A DNA stretch of 64,000 nt from assembly GCF_008831285.2 (NCBI RefSeq), contig NC_045138.2:34596001-34660000 (forward strand), read 5' to 3'. Below are positions 1-12,689 of this stretch, piece after piece. The DNA comes from Nymphaea colorata. Its lineage: Eukaryota. The first letter of the stretch is position 1; each line of letters begins with the position of its first letter. Below the pieces are notes generated by a model, which did no database searches, was not told the origin of the DNA, and worked only from the letters and a program-made list of their open reading frames with translations. Made by a program: the position numbers and the translations under genes.

Positions 1-290
1 TTCGAGGTCCATAGAACAGGCTAGAGCTCAAATTTGACTCACATAACTTGTTTCTGTTAAGTCTATCTTCTTTTAATTCCTTTTTAACTAGTCTTTCATT
101 ATACTTCAACATTTATTATGTAACCAAGTCGAGTTTAAACGAATCTAATTCTTATAAGTCAAACTTGACTCGAGTTCTTACAATTCAAACTCTACTTTAA
201 CATTTCAAGCTTACATTTGAGCTCATTTATGAATAAACGAGTCTAGTCGCATCGAGTGAAGCTTGAGTCCAAACTACCTGTTCGTTGTGG
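1..290. mobile_element. Degenerate MITE-like remnant
   Basis: Dense tcgag/gagctc/aagctt/aaacgag motifs of the kind found in plant MITE subterminal repeats; no ends resolved. Confidence 0.35.
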
Positions 291-1211
291 TGGGGTTTGT
301 CTTAAAACCACCACTCTTTGCTGAATTCAAGGTCTGAGACAAAGGGCGCATGCGCCCCTGCTCTTCTTCCTTTGTGCCACCTGAAATCTCTCTCTCTCTC
401 TCTCTGTGAAAGAAATAGTACTTCAATTTGTTCTTTCATGTGTTGCCCCCAAAAATTAAACATCAACAACAACTAAATCCTTATAGCAGAAGAAGATGGT
501 GGCTGCGGCGAGAAGAAAGTGTCAAGAACAACGATCATTATAAGCATAACAATTCCAGCAGAACCTCTGGCCAGGTTCTGTGGCTTGGCTCGATGCTTAC
601 ATGTACGCAAAGATAGGAAGAGAGAGGATACCAACAGTTTACCCTGCGTGAAGAGGGAGAATAGCAACAGCACCCTGTGAAATTTCTATTGTCCGTTGAT
701 GTTTCGTAGGTTATGAGTTGTGTCAATGGGGCAACCTATTAAAATTATATTTTAAAACTTCATTTTTTATTTACTCTTGATTTTTCTTTTCTTTTATATT
801 TTCCTTCCACTAAAATTCTATATTTTTCTTTAATTTTGAAAATTTATGTGAATTATAAGACTAAATGTTTTCTTTTTTTCATTTTACAACTTTTGAGAAT
901 ATAAAATTAGTTGTACTGTGTAGCTACATTTTTCAAAATTATCGTGTCCAAACTCCCGTATTCGCACATGTGTGACATAGGGGGCAACTGAAGGCCATTT
1001 TCCCTTAATAATAAATAAGAGTAATGGGGTCTTGACTACTGGCAGTTTCATTTTAAGTTACATTTTGTAATAGGTGAGTCTTGGATGTTGGAGGTTTCAC
1101 TTTTAGGTTGTTACATTTTGTAATAGGTCTCCCACCATAAATATGTAATCTCAGCCAGAGTTAGCTATGTTTCAAGAATCAAAGTTGCATTTTTTCTCAC
1201 CAATTAACAAA

Positions 1212-2530
1212 AGAAACCATGAACGCTATCAAAATAATCTATTGCCGTCCTGAATATTATAGACTATCAAAGAAACCATGGTTATCAACCAAAAACAACA
1301 TAATTTAACTAATGCAGCAGCAAACCATAATTCAACAAATTTAACCAAGAACCTAGTGCAAAATATGGACCATATGAAACTGCAGTAATGCTTTCTGCAA
1401 CAGAGAAACCCATTTCACTTAAAACTCTAAACACCAAACAAATGATTGATGTACATTTCCAGCTTTGATTCACTAACACGTTTGCCTGAAACAAGAAGAA
1501 TTTATTCATTATAAACACTCAAGGACCGACGTAGCACCTGCAGCAGTCAAGAAACCTGAAGGTAATCAGATGCGTTTTGAGAACAAATTAGTCAATATTG
1601 CAGGTTTGCATGGTTACAGAACATGTACATGCTGCCAGTTTGTAGGCCAGATTCAGGTTCTCTGTGTCTAAGTTGAGAGATTCAATCTCATTAACTCATG
1701 ATGAGCAAATGAATAAAAAGCATTTGTTTATTGGTTTGAAATTTTAATACTAAACCACACAGATTAAAACCAAAATATTCTCGCAGGTCCATCCCTTTGC
1801 ATTCAAGTCTATCCTGCACGTTTCTGCTCGCCCATAAAGTCTCCACTCATCCACTGGCTCTTAAAATTTAACAGCGCCTGAAAGATTCATGCCATGGCTA
1901 ATCAATTATTGAACCAGGCCTAAGCTTGCGGGGCTAGTCCACCATCAAGCTCATCTTTAAAGGAGTTGAAGTAACAGGCACTTCCTGCCCAATCAACTGA
2001 AGAAACCATGAATGTCATCAAAAAGTATTGTCAATATTAATCTATTGCCATCCCAAATATTGCGCAGATGATCAAGGACACTCGCAGCTAAGATAATTGA
2101 ACATAGTCAACCAAGAACATAATGCAAAACGCTGCAAAATATGGGCCATATGATCCTGCAATAATACTTTCTGTAGCAGACTCTTTTCACTCTAAATATC
2201 TCAACGACCAAACAAATGATTGATGTACATTTCCAGCTTTGATTCAACGAACAAGCAGAATTTACACATTATAAACACTCAAGGACCGATGGTAGCACCC
2301 AAGAATCAAGAAACCTGAAGGTAATCAGATGCTTCTTGAGAACAAATTAGTCATTATTGCAGGTTTGCATGGATTCAAAGAACTAGCACATGCTGTCAGT
2401 TTGAAGACGAGATTCAGGTTTGCTGTGTCTAGATCAAGACACATCTCATTAACACATGATAACTGATAAGCAAATGCATAAAGAGCACATCATGGGTTTA
2501 AAATTTTAATACACGACATTAAAACCAAAA
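1212..2530. repeat. Diverged direct duplication (~1212-1775 and ~2001-2530), probably a duplicated 3' non-coding exon of OST3
   Basis: Colinear shared blocks, e.g. aaatgattgatgtacatttccagctttgattca, cattataaacactcaaggaccga, caagaaacctgaaggtaatcagatgc, gagaacaaattagtca. Confidence 0.85.
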
Positions 2531-4335
2531 AAAATCATTATCAACTTTCAGCCAATCAGTTTCTTCATTGAATTATCACTTAATTCTTTTTCCTATCAAC
2601 ATTGCTTGGTCGGCAATCATGAATTTGTGAAGAATAATGCTCACGACATGAAATTGTTGCTGCAAAAGACATAGTAACGTCAACAAGGCCATTTCAGCAG
2701 TTAAATTTGCATGTGTTTGCCTTTACATATGAAACCTGTATCAAGTCCATATAGGTCAACATTTCCACAAGCCAATTCTAAATCGTGTATACCATTTTGG
2801 TGCTTCCGACCACCTCATAAGTCATACCTAGACTTTTCCAGGCTGCATTTTCATAAAATACAGCAACCATCTGATAATGTCCTCTAAAAATTTTTATTTG
2901 GATTACCTACAGAGTCTCGAGACTATAGACAATACAATACATCCATCGTCCTTGTTGCATCTGACATTTCCCTGTGCTCCATTTGACAAAATGAACCTAA
3001 TCACTAGCTCAGTTCTTTCCAACGCCACCTTGTGTGGAAGCAGGAGCAGCTTCCTTCTCTAAAATGCTACTTTTATTCTGACAAATAATACTTTCAGTTA
3101 TTTGCAAGAATATATGATGCCACTGTGCTTAGGATTCTACATAAAGACACAATCACAAAGAAGTGTTTATGTAAGATTTTTGTCCCATCTCTCTTGCTGA
3201 ACTTCTTTGCCTCATATCTATTATCATAAATTTAGAACAGAAACGAATAAAGCATAAAACCAAATGAGACAGTGACATATTCCAAATAAGAGCTTACATA
3301 AGGATAATGACCAACAGAATATACATTAAATCCTCTGGCTAGTTCATGCTGAGTTCTGAAAGTATGGATAATAACATTTCGATAAATAAGAAAACATCAG
3401 GGTAAAGAAAAGATGACCAAGTATTCATGAATTCAGCAAGCAAAATCAAAATTTCCGTTGATCAAAGGGACAATTCCAAGCCAATAACAGATCTTATAAA
3501 GAATTCATACTGATACTCCTTCATTGTCAGATAGTTTGGCTTGTCTTTCTACTAAATACAGTGCTTGTTTTTCTACTTAGTCAAATCATTTCTTTACGGA
3601 TATGAACTACACCCAAACTGGTCATGGAATAGTCATGGTAGGAACGGTTAGTGGTTTGTTATTTGTCCTGAAATTCCAAAGAAAGGACACCTCTCCAGAT
3701 CAAATAAATTTCTCTTTCCTCCTCCAGGTCATAGCGCAGATGGCCTCACCCCACTCTGAGCTGGACAAACAGATCACGAAGTGGGTATATTCAAAAACTT
3801 AATTAGATAAACCACAGACTCAATCTGATGAGAACAGCAGTTTAAAATGAAACACATATTCGCACAAGGTGTTGCATTAATCGCATACAAGTGGTCAAAA
3901 CCCAAATAGGGCCACAACATGATGTTGCACATTTAGAAAAAAAAATTGCCGGATGCTTAAGCAACAATGCCTTAAAACAGAATATGCCGAACACCACATA
4001 GACACCAAATATTCGATCCCAGTGGCTCAATTCAAGAACCCGGCGCTAAGAAACAAATGCACATTAAATGTGAAAATTTGAGACTACTAAATTCAACTAA
4101 ATGATCTTCGTGACTCCTCGATAGGATAGTTCCCAACTCAGGTCAGACAACATAACAAGAAACAAGTTCAGTAAACATCATGCTCAAACCAAGGCACGTT
4201 AAACATGAAGCTTACAACTTTGTGTCTACTAAATGTAACAAAATGATGCCACCGTATCCTCCAATGGATTGTTCCAACTCGATTACGTTTGGTAGCGATG
4301 ACACAGGCATCTCGCAAGAGAACAAAATTTAACCT

Positions 4336-5370
4336 TCAACGCCTTGGAGAAGGCCAGTAACTATGAATCGCGTAGCCTGTCTTCCAATTATCCAAATAGA
4401 TGACCTTTCTGACAGCCCAAATCGAGACCAACATTGCCACGAACATGCCCGCCCTCTGCAGATTCGCGTTCCTCGCGTAAATGAGGACGTGAGTGACGAG
4501 CGCGAGCAGCACACCGACGATGGTGTAAAGGAATCCAACAGCGAACCCTTCGACCCCGAGCTGCATTCCGGAGCCTTGGTAGAAGAATATCAGCTTCGAG
4601 GGGTCGCTGCGGTCGGCGATGAACATAGGCATGTTTCGAATTATGTTGTGCATCGTCCCGGAAACGCTGAAGAAGTAGACGAAGACAGCTCCCGCTAGCC
4701 ACATCTTGGGTTCGTGTAGTAGCGTATCCCCCTCCAGAACTCTTTTCACCACGAAGGGCGCAGATACCAAGAGGATCAGCACCAAGATCATCATCTGAGT
4801 CTTGGAGATCGGGGGCGGGCGTTCGATCGGGCCGACGGAGAGCTTTGCCTTGGCCTCAACGAAGTCGGAGATCCCCTCCGCCAGACGCGAGAAGTCGACC
4901 TGGTCCATGGAGTCGGAATCGGCGAGTTTCCTGACATGGGGAAGGACCACACGGATGTGGGGAAGAGCGTTGACGCCGAAGAGGCCAAAGCTCGTCTGGG
5001 ACTCCTTGAATTCCAAATCGCAGAAGAAAAGTTGGGTCTCGGAGTCCTGGCCTTGATTGTTCTTAATGAAGGAGGAGGCAACGAGGGCAAACTCGGAGCG
5101 GAGCTGCTGGAGGCGGAGCTCGGGCTTGTCATGGAGTTGGGTGGCGTCGAAGAAGATGAGGAGGGAATAGGGGCGGGGGGTGGGCGGCCCCAGGAGGAAC
5201 CGACGGATGGCGTGGTCGTCCAGACGGATGACCCCGGAAGGGGACCGCTGCTGCAGCGCCAGGAGGTCAGCTACCAGATCGGCAGGGGATTCCGGCGAGA
5301 TTTTGGAAGGAAAGATCGATATCAAGGAAAGGAGGAATAGAAGGACGAAGGGTCGAGCCATTTCGCCCAC
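4336..5370 (-). CDS. OST3: Oligosaccharyltransferase subunit OST3/OST6 (dolichyl-diphosphooligosaccharide-protein glycosyltransferase subunit 3)
   Basis: Single-exon 344-aa ORF with signal peptide, luminal thioredoxin-like region (PRPYSLLIFFDA...FFCDLEFKESQ...VNALPHI), four C-terminal hydrophobic segments, GTMHNIIRNMPMF, FFYQGSGMQLGVEGF and YLDNWKTGY, as in plant OST3/6. Confidence 0.95.
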   Translation of the reverse strand: MGEMARPFVLLFLLSLISIFPSKISPESPADLVADLLALQQRSPSGVIRLDDHAIRRFLLGPPTPRPYSLLIFFDATQLHDKPELRLQQLRSEFALVASSFIKNNQGQDSETQLFFCDLEFKESQTSFGLFGVNALPHIRVVLPHVRKLADSDSMDQVDFSRLAEGISDFVEAKAKLSVGPIERPPPISKTQMMILVLILLVSAPFVVKRVLEGDTLLHEPKMWLAGAVFVYFFSVSGTMHNIIRNMPMFIADRSDPSKLIFFYQGSGMQLGVEGFAVGFLYTIVGVLLALVTHVLIYARNANLQRAGMFVAMLVSIWAVRKVIYLDNWKTGYAIHSYWPSPRR

Positions 5371-5639
5371 TCAAGCAGAGAGAGAGAGAGAGAGGAGGAG
5401 GAGAGGGGGTTCAATATCAAAGGCATGGGGGAGACGGAAAGAGTGAAATAAAATGAACCTTGTTGACTGGACTCCTTTGTTGGGGAGGCGTTTACTTGCA
5501 TAGCTCCCCTTGATCTCCAAGTCGGGAAACCTTGTCAAATCGGGTTCACGTTTAATCAACCCGGGCTTAATCTAATGGGGGGAGGAAAGCCAGACCCTAA
5601 ATTTCCATTCTTGTTATTGAATACATTAAGATTTTTTTT

Positions 5640-5642
<3 letters not shown>

Positions 5643-5708
<66 letters not shown>
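5643..5708. repeat. (TA)n microsatellite
   Basis: Uninterrupted TA run. Confidence 0.95.
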
Positions 5709-5709
<1 letters not shown>

Positions 5710-6757
5710 CTTCCAAGTTTGAATAATTCGCGCTATGTCACTATATCTTTTATAAGTTTATGACATTTAAGTTTTCAAAAAATGGTGGATATGAGAGGTT
5801 TCTACCACCAACTCTATTCCCTCAAATAAACCACAAGCATTAAATTAGGAAAACTTAGATATACATACTTGAACTTTGAATATGCGGTTGGTAGTGTTAA
5901 ATGCTAGGTGACATGTGATATTGAAATATAATAATATTGGAACCTAAAATTGCCATATATATGGATACATCGAGACACGAGCTTTTTACTTATATGTATA
6001 GAGTTGCCTATAATGTTATTTTCTAGTACCTCTCCTGCTCACATACACTTTCTCTATAAATCTAATTGCTGAAGAACAAATCCCAGTGACCTACTAAGCT
6101 TGCTAATGGTGATCTTAAGTTTCGCCATGTATGGTAGATTAAAAAAGCATCTGTTTCAGTTGTTTTCTTTTAAAAGAATTTCATCTTATACGATATATGG
6201 TTCATGGCTTCTGTTGTGTTTTCTTTTTGTGATTTTAGTTATGTACTTTCTTAGTATTAAATTTGACCATAGATCTTGCTTTTTCCCTTTGTAATTTTAA
6301 GCTGTCATATGTCATATTGCTTTGTATGTTTATCCTTGCGAATAGCTATGGTGTACCCCTTTCTTGGTCATTGCATTTTTTTATTTGTGACTTACGTTAG
6401 ATAATTATGATCTTGATTTGGATGAATATATGTGGTGAAATTTCTTAGCTTACATGGTTTATGAACCTGAGAATTGGACAATCTGGGTGTAAAGCTGTGC
6501 AGCTTCCTTCTACATGTCTTGTCTCTTGACTACCATGTAGCGTGGAGTTGTCGATGGCGAGCCTACTGCTTTGCTAATGTGCCCCCATTGAGTTGGTATA
6601 ATAATCTTTTAGCTCTACCATGCCCCCACATCCAAGGTCGTCACTTCCAATGGCTCTCTGGGCGTTTTCTGCCAATAGCATTCGCTCGGTGACTTGAGTT
6701 GAGGGCATTGCAAATTAATTAACCCAAAAAAAAATGAAACATGTTAAAGTCCTAAAC

Positions 6758-7173
6758 ATAGCAGGCTGATACTTCACCGCCTCTCGCGCCCTCATGCTCC
6801 GTCCCCGAGCTTCGACTCAAAGATGCATGCTGATCACTCAGAAACGCATGCTGGGGCTTTTAAGTGCTTCATGTACAGCAAAGACACCGGTGAAGTAGTC
6901 ATGAAGCTCTTCCACAATAGGAAATTAAAACTCCACAACAGCAATGCAAGATCAAGTGTGGAGTTTTTCCTGTCCTGTTGCGGAAGAAGTTCATTTTTTT
7001 TTTCTGGTGTGGAAGAGTTTCATGACTACTTCACCGCTGTCTTTTTGCTGTCTCGCACATGACAAATGGGCTATATATGAAGCACTTAAAAGCCAAGCAT
7101 GCGTCTCTGAGTCACCAGCATGCATCTCGGAGTTGCGCGAAAGAGAGAGAGATGGTGAAGTATCTCCTGCTAT
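6758..7173 (+). ncRNA. Long imperfect foldback; candidate MIRNA or hairpin-RNA precursor
   Basis: Nested inverted blocks: atagcagg/cctgctat, gatacttcacc/ggtgaagtatc, agatgcatgctg/cagcatgcatct, ggcttttaagtgcttcat/atgaagcacttaaaagcc, cggtgaagtagtcatgaagctcttccaca/tgtggaagagtttcatgactacttcaccg, aaaactccaca/tgtggagtttt. The inverted repeat is certain; RNA function is inferred. Confidence 0.55.
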
Positions 7174-7592
7174 CCTTCCTGTTTTTCTTTCCGACCGAAT
7201 AGCATTTTAGGATGAGAAAGAATCTGCGATTTACTACTCTCAAAACCACCAGTGCTACACTACACGTCCAACCTTTCAAATCTACGCGCGTTTTCCAGTT
7301 CCATGCATGAGTTTCGGAATACTTAAAAGGGATTAATACAAATCCAAGGTATGAGCTTTGCAATGACGCCGTTCTCCAGGGGAGCAAGGTTATCCAACGG
7401 CTAACTGCCTGTTTTTTTGCTTTCTCGAATGCAACTTTTAGCTAGCTAGTTTTATTTGGATATTGCGTTCGTATTTGACTTAACGGCCTGTTTAGATGTA
7501 GAGAAGGGAAAGGATGTTCCCGTGATGCAACTACGCTTTTGTATCAAACAAGGGTTATATTGAAGGAAAGGGATTTAATATGTGTGCTGCGC

Positions 7593-7998
7593 TGTTACGG
7601 GCTGACAACTTCGGCCCGTGCGGCGCGGCAAGAACCTGATTGCCGCAAGCCTTCAAACCACTGAACGGGGCGCAAAAATAGTTTGAGAAAACAAGTGTAT
7701 AAAGAATGCTTGTGAATAAAGAAATCTCGCAATGTATTCGCTTGAAGAATTAGTACATCACGAGAAAGATAAGTAAGGAGAATGATCTCGACTTTACTTA
7801 TGTAGGATGGCCGAGGCCGCTTATAGGATTCCCATGCCGACCTCCCAAAACAAGAAATCCCAATACTTGACACTTAGACCGGTGGGAGGGTACTCCCTTA
7901 CAAGTAAACATGCATAAGCAAATGACTCAACATAAGCAAAGGAAGCACAATGCAAAACAAAGCAAAGGACTGTACAGACTCCCAGACACAGGGGAACA
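7593..7998 (-). repeat. 3' LTR
   Basis: tgttacgggctgac...caggggaaca; about 11 substitutions plus one 5-bp indel versus 12690-13090 by manual alignment. Confidence 0.95.
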
Positions 7999-8012
7999 GG
8001 CTCCCCCCTTCA
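7999..8012 (-). other. Polypurine tract
   Basis: Minus strand TGAAGGGGGGAGCC immediately before the 3' LTR. Confidence 0.85.
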
Positions 8013-8014
8013 AG

Positions 8015-11000
8015 TTAAGCGTCGTCTTTGGCGCCAGCAGTTTCATGATAGGCCTTGACTTCCAGTGGGTAGTGTTGCTTCATGCGGAATGCATACTCCC
8101 AGGTGGGGTTGTGTTCGCCTATCCACTTCACTTGGTACTTCTTCGACTCCCCCAAATAGTTTGTCTTGTGCCGAAGAATCTCTTCCATCCGACGGTCCGC
8201 CGCTCGCTTGGTCGGCGGGGCTCGCTGCAGGATCGGGTCTCGTTCTGGAACGCTTCGCTCAGGGTCTTCCTCATCGACATAGAAGGGCTTCAGGTTACAA
8301 ACATGGAACACTGAATGCACCTTAAAGTCTGGCGGCAAGTTTAGCTTGTAGGCTAGCTTTCCGATTCTCTTCAGCACTGTGAAGGGTCCCTCATACTTGC
8401 GGATCAATGACCTGTGTCGACCACGGAAAATGCCCGTGCGATCAGGGTAGAGCTTTACGAGGACTTGATCACCCACCCGGAATTCCATTGGCCTTCGATT
8501 CCGATCTGCAAACTTTTTCATCTTTTTGGCGGCCTTGTGTAAGAACGCCTTAGCCATTTCCGTCTGGTCATGCCAATCGCGAACGAACTGGTAGGCAAAA
8601 GTGGGTCTTCCCTTTTCTTGGGCTGCAAGGGTATGTGGCATCAACGGTTGTTGTCTAGTGGCTATTTCGAATGGACTATGTCTATAAGACTCGCTCTTCT
8701 CCAAATTGTAGCAAAATTGAGCTACATCCAACAATTTCACCCAATCTTTTTGATTCGCACTGACATAGTGTCGAAGGTATTGTTCCAACAATCCGTTGAT
8801 TCGTTCAGTTTGGCCGTCCGTTTGAGGGTGGAAACTTGTTGAGAATAATAAATCCGAACCCAACAAACGAAATACTTCGCGCCAAAATTTCCCTGTGAAG
8901 CGAGCGTCCCGATCACTGACAATGCTTTTCGGCACGCCCCAATGCTTGACAATATGCTTCACGAACAACTCGGCCGTCTTTTCCGCGGGACATTCTTTAG
9001 AGGCTGGGATGAAGGTGACATACTTTGAAAATCTATCCACAACCACAAGGATGGAGCTGAAGCCGTCAACTTTGGGCAAGCTGACGATGAAGTCCATGGA
9101 GAGGCATTCCCATGGACGTTCTAGAATAGGAAGAGGCTCCAGGAGACCGGCAGGCTTCTGGTTTCTTCCCTTGTCCTGCTGACAGATCAAGCATGTTTTC
9201 ACATATGCTTCAACGTCGTCGCGCATCTGTGGCCAGTAGTAGCCATGTTCGAGCAGTGCCAGTGTCCGCTCCTGGCCAGGATGGCCAGCCCATAACGAGT
9301 CATGACACTCCTTCAGCAACTCTCGTCGGAGATTGCCCCATCTGGGCACGAATATTCATCCGCCCTTTGCCATCAAAAGTCCATCTTGTAGCCAAAATCG
9401 TCGCGTCTTTCCTGCCTCCGTTCTTTCGACCAAGTGCTTGGCCACTGGGTCCTGCTTCATGCCTTCTCGAATCCGCCCGAGAAGAGCACCCTCGAGTTGC
9501 GCTTCGGATGATGCCGTCCGGGTAGCTGCCAACTCCGCCTTCCGACTCAGTGCATCGGCTACAACGTTTGTCTTCTCTGCCTTGTATTCCAAGGCAAAAT
9601 CGAATTCTGCAAGGAATTCCTGTCATCGAGCTTGCTTCTGACTCAACTTCTTTTGAGTCTGGAAGTAGCTTGTAGCTACATTATCAGTCTTTACCACGAA
9701 TTGGGACCCCAATAAGTAATGCCTCCATGTGCGAAGACAATGAATAATGGCCGTCATTTCCCTTTCATGCACGGAGTACCGTCGCTCCACGTCTTTCAGC
9801 TTCCGACTCTCATAGGCAACTGGATGACCTTCCTGCATCAAAACTCCACCAATGGCAAAATCTGATGCATCCGTGTGGACTTCAAATTTCCTTGTGTGGT
9901 CGGGCAACCTGAGCACAAGCTCCTGCGTCAAGGCCCTCTTCAACTTGTCGAAGGCATCTTCTTCGAGCTCTTCTCAAGCCCAAGTTCGGTTTTTCTTCAA
10001 CAAATCAGTGAGAGGCGCAGTTATCAAAGAATACCCCTCAATGAATCGTCGATAGTAATTTGTCAAACCGAGAAAAGAACGTAGTTCCGGTACATTGGTA
10101 GGCGGTTTCCAGTCTCGAATTGCCCTCACCTTTTCTATGTCCATTCGCAGCTGACCTTTTCCCACAATGTGACCGAGAAAACTGATTTCCGATTGGCCGA
10201 ATAGACACTTCTCGCGCTTCACATAGAGTTTGTTTTCCTCCAATACCTTGAACACTGTTCGCAAGTGTTCCACATGGTCCCTCATGGAGCTGCTGTACAC
10301 TACAATGTCATCAAGATAGACTACCACGAACTTATCTAAGTACGGATAGAATATCTTATTCATTAGAGTCGAAAAAGTGGCTGGGGCATTCGTCAACCCG
10401 AACGGCATTACCAAGAATTCAAAGGCACCGTAACGAGTGACGCAAGTGGTCTTTGGCTCGTCGCCATCAACAATCCGAACTTGCCAATATCCTGATCTGA
10501 GGTCTAACTTGGAAAACACTTGAGCTTTGCCTAGTTGATCAAACAGATCTGCAATCAAAGGTAAGGGGTACTTGTTATTCACCGTTACCTTGTTCAACGC
10601 TCGATAATCCACACATAGCCTTTTGGAGCCGTCATGCTTCGCTTGGAATAACACTGGTGCACCAAAAGGAGCTTTGGAGGGTCTGATTATACCTCCAGCT
10701 AGCATCTCGTCCAACTGTCGCCGAAGTTCTCTTAATTCTGCAGGAGCCATTCGATATGGTGCCATTGCCGGGGGTTTGGCACGAGGAAGGAGTTCGATGG
10801 CATGATCCACCTCACGTCGAGGTGGCAGCCGTCTAGGGAGTTCCGCGGGCATTGTTCCTGCGAATTCCGCTAAGACAGGCGCAAGCGCCTCTGGGACCAA
10901 ACCAGGGGAGTCATTAGTCACTTCCCTGATTGCCACCAAGTACGTTTCTTCGCCGTGCTTGAGGTCTTTCTTCAACTGAAGGGCAGATATCATTGCGGCT

Positions 11001-11030
11001 TTTCCCTTATCCCTCTTTATCGATGTTAGG
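8015..11030 (-). pseudogene. Retrotransposon pol: RT, RNase H, integrase, chromodomain; three in-frame stops
   Basis: RT ([35 protein letters not shown]), RNase H (VHTDASD, TDN), IN (zinc finger H-H-C-C, SMDF, SDRD, GQTER, GPF) and chromodomain (EEILRH...YQVKWIG...PTWE). One frame, with TGA at 9974-9976, 9623-9625 and 9356-9358. Confidence 0.93.
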
Positions 11031-12506
11031 GGACTTCTCATCCATGATACTGATACTGCGTAGGTGCGGCATTGGGACAATTTTCGCAGTACTGAGGAGC
11101 TCCATGCCTAGGATCATCCGGAAATCATCCATCGGGATCACTGAGAAGTTGGCCGTTCCTGACCAACTCTCAATCTTCACAATCGCATCCCGGGCCACTC
11201 CGTGGATGGGTTTGGCCTCTGAGTTCACCGCCTTCATGCGTAATTCTCCCCTCTCAAGGGTTAGGCCTAGTCTCCTTGCCTCCTCAACTGAGACAAAGTT
11301 ATGTGTGGCTCCCGTGTCAAACATAGCCAGGGTAGACCTTCTATTTACCAGGATTTCCAAGTACATGAGATCGTTAGAAGGTGTTGCTATCACCTTCACT
11401 TTTTCCTCCATTTTTATGGTGTTCAGAAGTTGAAGTGCACCCATCTTTGGTCCTTCCCCTTGTACCACATTAGCAGATTGCCTTGAAGAGCTTGCTTGAT
11501 TGTCCCTATTTCCACGCTTTGGACATTGCCTTCTTAAGTGATTGTCATCACAAAACCAACATTTCAACACTCTATTCTGAGAGTTGTCGTTTCTGTGAAA
11601 GAAAGTTCTTCTTTCGACTTGGCGCTGAGTTGATGGTTCATCTTTCCGTTCCCTTCGATCATCTTTCTTTCCTCCATGGTCAGGCTTCCTCGACGGCTTG
11701 AAGGCGTTAGTGTAGCTCTTGCGCTGAGTATCAGCCAAACGTTCTGCTACCACATAAGCATCCTCCAAGGTCTCCGGATTACTCCTTTCCACTTCGGATT
11801 GTACCCACGACTGAAGTCCCAAAATAAACCAGTTCAATTTATCTTGTTCTTGCATATCTGGCACATCTAACATCAGCCTTTGATAGGCCCTCACGTAATC
11901 TCGCAAGGATCCAGTATGTTTCAATTCACCAACCATCCGATAGACATGGCGTGTCGCATTCGGGGGCATGAAGTAAGTTCTCAACTCTCGCTGAAAATCA
12001 TCGAAAGTGTCTATTGTGCAGATTCCCTTTTGAATGTCGAGCATTTTCCTTCTCCACCATGCCACAGCGTCGCCCTCTAGCAACATAGCCGCAGTCTTGA
12101 CTTGAATGTCGTCCCCCATAACGCCTTGCAAGTCCAAGTAGTACTCCACTTGAAATAAAAAGTTGTCGATCACTCGACTATCCCGAGTTCCATTGTATTT
12201 AGCTGGTCTCTGAACGTCGACCCTCGCTGGTCGATCGTTACCTCCACCTACAGAGATTTGTCGCTGTAGTGTGCGGTTCTTTACCTGAAGTTCCTTGACT
12301 TCAGCCTGTAACGCGGTCACTGTGTCAGTCAGTGCCCGATTCATGGCCACTAGGTCGGCCATTTGTTCCCGTAGTACCTTCATCTCGTCCTTCATTTCCC
12401 CGAAGGACTCAGCTGCATTACCCAACGCTTCTTCATGAGTAGTTACGTCGGTAGCCAGCTTGTTCACCATCTTGGTCAGGTCTTCCTGACCCTGGGATGT
12501 ACCCAT
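11007..12506 (-). pseudogene. Retrotransposon gag + aspartic protease
   Basis: Coiled coil, retrotransposon gag domain (LLEGDAVAWW, YVRAYQRLMLDVPDM...FILGL), knuckle CWFCDDNHLRRQC and protease FDTGATHNF. ATG at 12506 is assumed; frameshift near 11010-11030 into the RT frame. Confidence 0.88.
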
Positions 12507-12669
12507 CTCGTCAGAATGGGCTACCCCGTTGCCTTTGGCACTTCGCAGATTGTATTGAGTCGCCAGGGCTTCTTCCTCTTCGATCAACGATCGTCGGAGG
12601 TCTCTTTCGATCAACGATCGTCGGCGTGTAGTTCTACACCGACTATCCAACCGCTTCCCCAGATTGCCG

Positions 12670-12687
12670 AACCTGGCTCTGATACCA
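12670..12687 (-). other. Primer binding site for initiator tRNA-Met
   Basis: Minus strand TGGTATCAGAGCCAGGTT, 18 nt complementary to the 3' end of plant tRNA-iMet, 2 nt inside the 5' LTR. Confidence 0.93.
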
Positions 12688-12689
12688 GT

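Noticed and set aside
1640..1705. Possible C/D snoRNA in the duplicated block
   Set aside because: No conserved box C in both copies and no recognisable rRNA guide; better explained as intron/UTR duplication.
4363..5446. Antisense and alternate-frame ORFs over OST3 (and likewise over the UBL and retroelement ORFs)
   Set aside because: Shadow ORFs of GC-rich coding sequence.
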